From Verrucomicrobiales bacterium (GTDB taxonomy: Bacteria > Verrucomicrobiota > Verrucomicrobiia > Verrucomicrobiales > V1-33): a stretch of DNA of 64,000 nt. A program made the translations under genes and the position numbers. The notes under the pieces were generated by a model, which worked only from the letters and a program-made list of their open reading frames with translations, was not told the DNA's origin and searched no databases. Location: the NCBI GenBank assembly GCA_947460575.1, contig CANHIJ010000004.1, positions 12,840-76,839 of the forward strand, read 5' to 3'. Shown one piece after another: positions 59,101-64,000 of this stretch (positions are counted from its first letter, which is position 1; every line of letters starts with the position of its first letter).

Positions 59101-59355
59101 TCTAAAGCGGTGTCCTCGTTGGCTCCGCCGTATGGCACCTTCCAGCGGTGATGGGTCGGCGGAAAGACTTCCCACTTTTGGTTGGCGGCCTCAACGCGGC
59201 AGCTCCCGGCCAGCAGGGGGCCGACTGGGCGCGGCTTTTGGATAATCGCTTGGGGGGGATGTCGTTTCCGGTTTACGGTGAGAGAGGGGCGGCGCGGTCG
59301 GGCGGCTTCCCTTATAGCCTCTGGGGCAAGTCTGGGGGAACCGGCCGCCCTCCGG

Positions 59356-60414
59356 TCAGCCTTCTTTGTTGTAGTAGACTTTGACAAATTTCATCTGTTT
59401 GTCGTCGTCGAAGCCGTGCTCGAGGACTCCGGCGTGGCGGTCGCTGAAGGTGGGCTTGAGGTGCAACTCGACTCCGGTGTCGAACTTGAGCACGGTGCTG
59501 ATCTTCTTTTTGGCCTTGCTGACATCTTTTTTAGAAATCCCAAAGGATTTTTCCAAGGGGGCGCCTTGTTGTTCCTCAATGCGGCTGCGGTGTTCGGCGA
59601 ATTGGGCTACCGCTTCGGGCGTTTTGAGGACCTCGCTTTCAAACTCCCCTAGATCAAAGGTTTCCTTCTCCTCAAAATAGGCAATGGCGTCGCGGGCCGC
59701 GGCGCGGCGGTCCTCCGGCGCGGCTTCCTCGCTGGGCTTAGCCTGATCGAGAAAGGATACCGCTAGGCTGGTGTAGGTATTGGTCAAAAATGCTTCGTCG
59801 GGCACGGCGTGAACGCCTAGGAAATCGCGCACCCAAAAGCGGGACTCCGCGCCGCTTCGATCGAAGGTGAGGATATAATAGCCCATTTCGCTAAAACAGT
59901 TTAGGATGAGGCAACCCTTGTCGATCTTGTCCGGGTTGATGCCCTGTTCGGTGGAGAGTTGCAGGTCGCCATTGCGGGCGGAAATGCTCAGAAACGGAAC
60001 CACGCTCTCGGCCTTGAGGATGCAGAGCGCCGCGGTGGCCACGCCGTCGACCTCAATGTCCTTGACCAGCGCGATGCAGAGGTCTCCGGACTTGATGTTG
60101 GGGTGATTGGACTTGGAGTAGAGGCGCTTGGCGATGCGGCAGCCGTGTTCCAGGAGGGCCTCGGAGTCGGCGAAGACCCCACTGGCGAGGGCATTCATCT
60201 CGTGCTGATCGAGCGAGGAGTGGTGAATGAAGCGATGGGCGATGAGGTTGCGAAAGGGCTTGAGGAAAAGCGCGGTGAGGGTTTCGGCATCCGGCTCCGC
60301 CACTTTGAAGACTTCCTTGGAGGTCTGGAGGGGTTCATCGCGCTGCGGATTGCCGACCTTGGCCAGGACGATGCCGGTGATGAATGCGGAGTTGAAGCGG
60401 ATTTTCAGGGACAT
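59356..60414 (-). CDS. Nucleoid-associated protein (NdpA/YejK 37-kDa family)
   Basis: KVGN, LYSKSNHPNIKSGDL, GINPDKIDKGCLI, FWVRDFL, VLKFDT. Confidence 0.85.
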   Translation of the reverse strand: MSLKIRFNSAFITGIVLAKVGNPQRDEPLQTSKEVFKVAEPDAETLTALFLKPFRNLIAHRFIHHSSLDQHEMNALASGVFADSEALLEHGCRIAKRLYSKSNHPNIKSGDLCIALVKDIEVDGVATAALCILKAESVVPFLSISARNGDLQLSTEQGINPDKIDKGCLILNCFSEMGYYILTFDRSGAESRFWVRDFLGVHAVPDEAFLTNTYTSLAVSFLDQAKPSEEAAPEDRRAAARDAIAYFEEKETFDLGEFESEVLKTPEAVAQFAEHRSRIEEQQGAPLEKSFGISKKDVSKAKKKISTVLKFDTGVELHLKPTFSDRHAGVLEHGFDDDKQMKFVKVYYNKEG

Positions 60415-60522
60415 GGGGCGCATACTTTGGAAAGGTTCCGCCGGATGGAAACCCGGAACTTCCAAGAAATGGGCGCTGGCGCTCAAGCCACAGGCGTGCG
60501 TAGGCGGCACACCAGCTCCCCC

Positions 60523-61833
60523 TCAAGGCGCCGCCAGGGAAACGCAGACCAACTCGGTGTCGTTGCGCACGAAAACCGCCTGCTCAGCAAAGGCCGGGTG
60601 GCTCCACACGACGGAGCGCCCCATCCCCGGGCTGGTCGGCTCCAGTAGCTTGGCCCGGCCAGCCTCCCGGTAGCCCGCGCGGTCGATGTCTGCTAGGATC
60701 AACTCCCCCACCTCGTTGAAGAGCACCCAGTGCGGCTTGGCCCGCACCATAAAAAAGGTGCCGGAGCCAGGGGTACTTCCGAGCACGGCCTTGGTGCTCC
60801 AGAGGCGCTGCCCAGTGGCGGGATCCAGCCCGTGCAACTCGCCGTCGGCATCGCAGCCGTACACCAAACCCTCGGCCACTACGGGGGTGCTATTTTTCGG
60901 CGAGATGCCGGTTTTGGGGGTGCCCTCCCAGGCGATCGCGGGGGTGTTCAGGTCGGCGTGCAATTTCAAGCCGATCGACTTTTTAACGATGCCGCCCATG
61001 ATCAGATAGTCACCGGCGAGGCGAGGCGCCATGATCGCCATGCCGTAGCTGGGGGCGAAGGGCACCGTCCAGTGCACCTTGCCGGTGAGGGGGTCCAGGC
61101 TATTGATGGCCTCTCCGTGGGCGATGATCAATTGGTCCTGGCCGCCGTGGTGGATGAGGACGGCCGGAGCATAGCCTGGCTCCTTAGCGGTTAGAGAGCG
61201 CCACACTTCCTGGCCCGTCTTTTTGTCCAGGGCCACCGCGGCGCTGCCTGGGCCGCCCGGCTTCACAATGAGGAGATCGCCCACCACCAGCGGATGGCTC
61301 GAAAAACCCCAGATCGGCGATTCCACCTGATAGGCTTTCTTGAGGTCGACGGCCCACGCGGATTTGCCATCGGCGACCGCGAGACAACTGAGCAGGCCCT
61401 CGGCCCCTAGGCTGTAGACGAAGTCGCCGTCGACCGTAGGCGTGCAGCGCGGCCCCGCCGGAAAACTGAGCAGATAGGGAGCGTCATAGGCATGAGTCCA
61501 CAACTCCTTGCCCGTGGCCGAAACAAAACAGCGCACCCGCTCCTGCCCCTTGAGCGCGGTCCGACCGCCCGGATTGGCGTCCGGCTTGCCCTCGGTGATG
61601 TCGTAGTCCATCACGAACACTTTTCCCCCCGCCACGGCAGGACCCGAATAGCCCCAGCGCACCGGCACTCGCCATTTCACGGGCGGTCCCGCCGCGGGAA
61701 ACTGGGCCAAGAGCCCCGCCTCGTTCCACTGGGAATCGCCCTGCGCTCCCAACCAACGCGGCCAGTCCTCCGCGCGCAGCGCCGCGGGCGATAACAAAAA
61801 AGCGAAGGCGAGAGAGCGAAGCGAGGGTTTCAT
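60523..61833 (-). CDS. Secreted PQQ-like beta-propeller repeat protein
   Basis: Signal peptide, DWPRWLG, GYSGPAV, repeated LD..TG...W, WSHPA. Confidence 0.88.
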   Translation of the reverse strand: MKPSLRSLAFAFLLSPAALRAEDWPRWLGAQGDSQWNEAGLLAQFPAAGPPVKWRVPVRWGYSGPAVAGGKVFVMDYDITEGKPDANPGGRTALKGQERVRCFVSATGKELWTHAYDAPYLLSFPAGPRCTPTVDGDFVYSLGAEGLLSCLAVADGKSAWAVDLKKAYQVESPIWGFSSHPLVVGDLLIVKPGGPGSAAVALDKKTGQEVWRSLTAKEPGYAPAVLIHHGGQDQLIIAHGEAINSLDPLTGKVHWTVPFAPSYGMAIMAPRLAGDYLIMGGIVKKSIGLKLHADLNTPAIAWEGTPKTGISPKNSTPVVAEGLVYGCDADGELHGLDPATGQRLWSTKAVLGSTPGSGTFFMVRAKPHWVLFNEVGELILADIDRAGYREAGRAKLLEPTSPGMGRSVVWSHPAFAEQAVFVRNDTELVCVSLAAP

Positions 61834-61871
61834 AATGCGGAGGGGCGCTATAGCGCAGTTAGGATTAAGAA

Positions 61872-62792
61872 TTATTTGCGGGGGCCTTTGGGGTCGAGGT
61901 TGCGCTGGAGGTCGGCCTCCTCCACTCGGGAGGCCACGCCTCCTTTGGGCACGGGGGCGCCGGTGACCCAAACCAAGGCATTGAGGACGATGCGGCGGAA
62001 ATTAGAGTTGCCCCAATTGAGGTGAAAATGCCCGCCGGTGAAGCCAAAGCCGCGCCCGCGGTCGGGGCGCTCGACGCACCACATCATGGCCTCGGGCCGG
62101 TCCTGGGCGGCCACGATGTGCGGATAGGGTCCCGCGGGATAGACGTAGGGACCAGCCCGCACCGCGCTGGAGGGCTTGGCCACGAGGAGGGGGGTAAACT
62201 TCATCCCCTTGACCTCTGCGGGGGCTGCGGCGCTAAAGCCGGGCACGAAGCGCATGTTAAAATACCATTCGTCTTTGATCTGAAACGGCTCTACTCCCTC
62301 GGCGATTGGGTGGTTAGGAAAAGATTGAAAGGAGGGCTCCCAGATGGGGTTGCAGGAGAAGGCATTTTCGTAGTACCCCCCGATCCAGTGGAGAAATTCT
62401 GCCCCGCCCTTGTTGGCCTCGACCTCTACTCCGTAGTGCATAAAGCCCAGCCCGCCCCCGCGCTCCGCAAAGGCCGCCAGCGTGGCGGCGTGGTTGCCCT
62501 GCACTGCGGGATGCCCGCCCCCGCCATCGGCGTAGATAACCACGCCATCGGCGTCCTTGAAAACCGCCTCGTCTGCGACCCAGCCCTGCTCGCCGAGCAC
62601 CACTTCCAGGCCCGGCACCGCGGAGAGGGCCTTTTGCAACAACCGGCTGCCCGCGCGAAACTCGTGCATCAGCGGGGGATGGCTGGGCTGCCCCGCAATG
62701 ATCACAAGCTTCCGCTTGCCATCAGGAGTTAGGGCCAAGGCCGGGCCGGTGCAGGCCACTAGGGCCAGGAGAGTGTGGAGGCGCGCATTCAT
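61872..62792 (-). CDS. Secreted ThuA-like domain protein
   Basis: IAGQPSH...HEF, DGGGGHP, DEWYFNMRF, FTGGHFH. Confidence 0.85.
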   Translation of the reverse strand: MNARLHTLLALVACTGPALALTPDGKRKLVIIAGQPSHPPLMHEFRAGSRLLQKALSAVPGLEVVLGEQGWVADEAVFKDADGVVIYADGGGGHPAVQGNHAATLAAFAERGGGLGFMHYGVEVEANKGGAEFLHWIGGYYENAFSCNPIWEPSFQSFPNHPIAEGVEPFQIKDEWYFNMRFVPGFSAAAPAEVKGMKFTPLLVAKPSSAVRAGPYVYPAGPYPHIVAAQDRPEAMMWCVERPDRGRGFGFTGGHFHLNWGNSNFRRIVLNALVWVTGAPVPKGGVASRVEEADLQRNLDPKGPRK

Positions 62793-62877
62793 GGGTGGGA
62801 AGTTCCTCTATGCTCCCGCTCCCGCGCAGCGTCAATCCCATTGCCGCGGCCCTCGCCCGGCCCGGGCCGGGGAAATC

Positions 62878-64000
62878 TCAACTTCCCGGCGCCATGAGGG
62901 CTTCGAGCCGCTTAGCGCTAACAGGTTGTGCGGTGCCCAATTCCTGGGCGTGCACCGAGACCCGGAATTCCTCGAGCAGCCAGCGAAAGGCCTCGCGGTT
63001 TTCCTCTGGGACGCGCGACGGCCAGTCCTGATAGGGAGCGAGCAACCGGGCCCGCTCAGCATCTTTGGCCGGCAAGAGATGGGCCCGCTCGCCGCGCTGC
63101 AGCATGGCTTTGAGATAGCGCGGCAAATGCGGCAGGCGCTCGTGCGGGGTGCGCTGCAGGTAATCCGGCGGCACCAGGCGGGCGAGGTCGGCCTCCAAGT
63201 CGGGATAGCGCTTGGGGGTGGCGCGCAGTTGCTGGATGAGCCGATTGATCTCCGCCGCCAGATCCCGCACCTTGGCGGCCATCTGGGGCAAGCCGCGCCG
63301 CGCCGCCTCCACCAGGGCGCGAAACCGATCCTCCGTTAGGGGGCGGAGGGGTTCGAGCCGCAAGGCGTGCCGCAAGAGGTGCTCCAAGGCCAGGGCGGGA
63401 ATGTCCGACTTTTGGTAGTCGTCGCTGGAAAGCTGCGTCCCGACCCGCGACAGGGCATCCTGAAACCCGATGACCTGGCGCGCCCGCACTGGCGGAGCCG
63501 CGGCGAGGGATTTCAATTCCTTGGCCAGCCAGGCGATGTCTTTGGCGAGGGCCAACTCCGCGAGGCGCCGCACCGCCGCCGGGGCCGCCCGGTCCGCTTC
63601 CGCGGCGCTTCGGTGCAGCCGCAGGGAAACCTGCCCCGCGGGCGAAAGCACCAGCCCCGGCCAACCCCGCACTGGCATGCCGCCGACCGTTTCCACCAAA
63701 ACCGATTCCGGCACGTCCCCGCAGGTCCATCCTGCCAGCGCTGCGCTCCAGCGCTGCACCTCCGCCTGCCAAGCCGCAGAGTCCCCCGCCTGCTCCTTGC
63801 CCTCGCGGCGCACCGTGTCCAAATCCCGGCTCGACGCGACCACCTGCTGGCGGCGGTCGACCACTTCCATGCGCGGCCGCAGGTAGTCTGGTAGGCTGTC
63901 GGGCGGCCAATCCGCCGCCATCACCGGGACCCCATAGCGGTTAGATATGAACTTGGATAGCCCGATCAAAAAGTCGCCTTTGCCGGGGTCAAACTGCTCG
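62878..64000 (-). CDS. hrpA: ATP-dependent RNA helicase HrpA, C-terminal (DUF3418) part; start lies outside the window
   Basis: LPDYLR...SRDL, LPRYLKA, RWLLEEFRVS..AQELGT..PVSAKRL. Confidence 0.9.
   Translation of the reverse strand, partial: EQFDPGKGDFLIGLSKFISNRYGVPVMAADWPPDSLPDYLRPRMEVVDRRQQVVASSRDLDTVRREGKEQAGDSAAWQAEVQRWSAALAGWTCGDVPESVLVETVGGMPVRGWPGLVLSPAGQVSLRLHRSAAEADRAAPAAVRRLAELALAKDIAWLAKELKSLAAAPPVRARQVIGFQDALSRVGTQLSSDDYQKSDIPALALEHLLRHALRLEPLRPLTEDRFRALVEAARRGLPQMAAKVRDLAAEINRLIQQLRATPKRYPDLEADLARLVPPDYLQRTPHERLPHLPRYLKAMLQRGERAHLLPAKDAERARLLAPYQDWPSRVPEENREAFRWLLEEFRVSVHAQELGTAQPVSAKRLEALMAPGS

Overview
High-GC bacterial chromosome segment. The gene content (PVC-type propeller/CxxCH proteins, ThuA, PA14, S-x-N/D-L-x-x-W...F/Y-F/Y-R C-terminal domains) suggests Verrucomicrobiota; this is an inference. 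Positions 1-40.7 kb and 59.3-64 kb hold mostly core and carbohydrate genes: peroxiredoxin, cobA/hemD, pcp, argG, carB, hrpA, a nucleoid-associated protein, two two-component pairs and a GH88 sugar-acid operon. Two loci in that part are unusual: a tightly coupled acyltransferase / Aur1-like PAP2 / rifampin-phosphotransferase-like dikinase operon (4.9-9.5 kb), and an orphan TolC with a ~125-aa insertion. Positions ~40.8-59.1 kb form an accessory region. It contains ISL3 debris, a 1282-aa heme/propeller fusion, a decayed Ig-repeat gene, an 1831-aa Sec-type RTX-like protein with short out-of-context peptide modules, and five copies (one of them at 9.7 kb) of a MITE-like element carrying REP-like palindromes. 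It also has a run of four genes separated by decayed attC-like sites with no integrase, and a 123-bp MITE with a 4-bp target duplication. No rRNA, tRNA or CRISPR array was seen. All family assignments are from motif recognition by eye; no searches were run.
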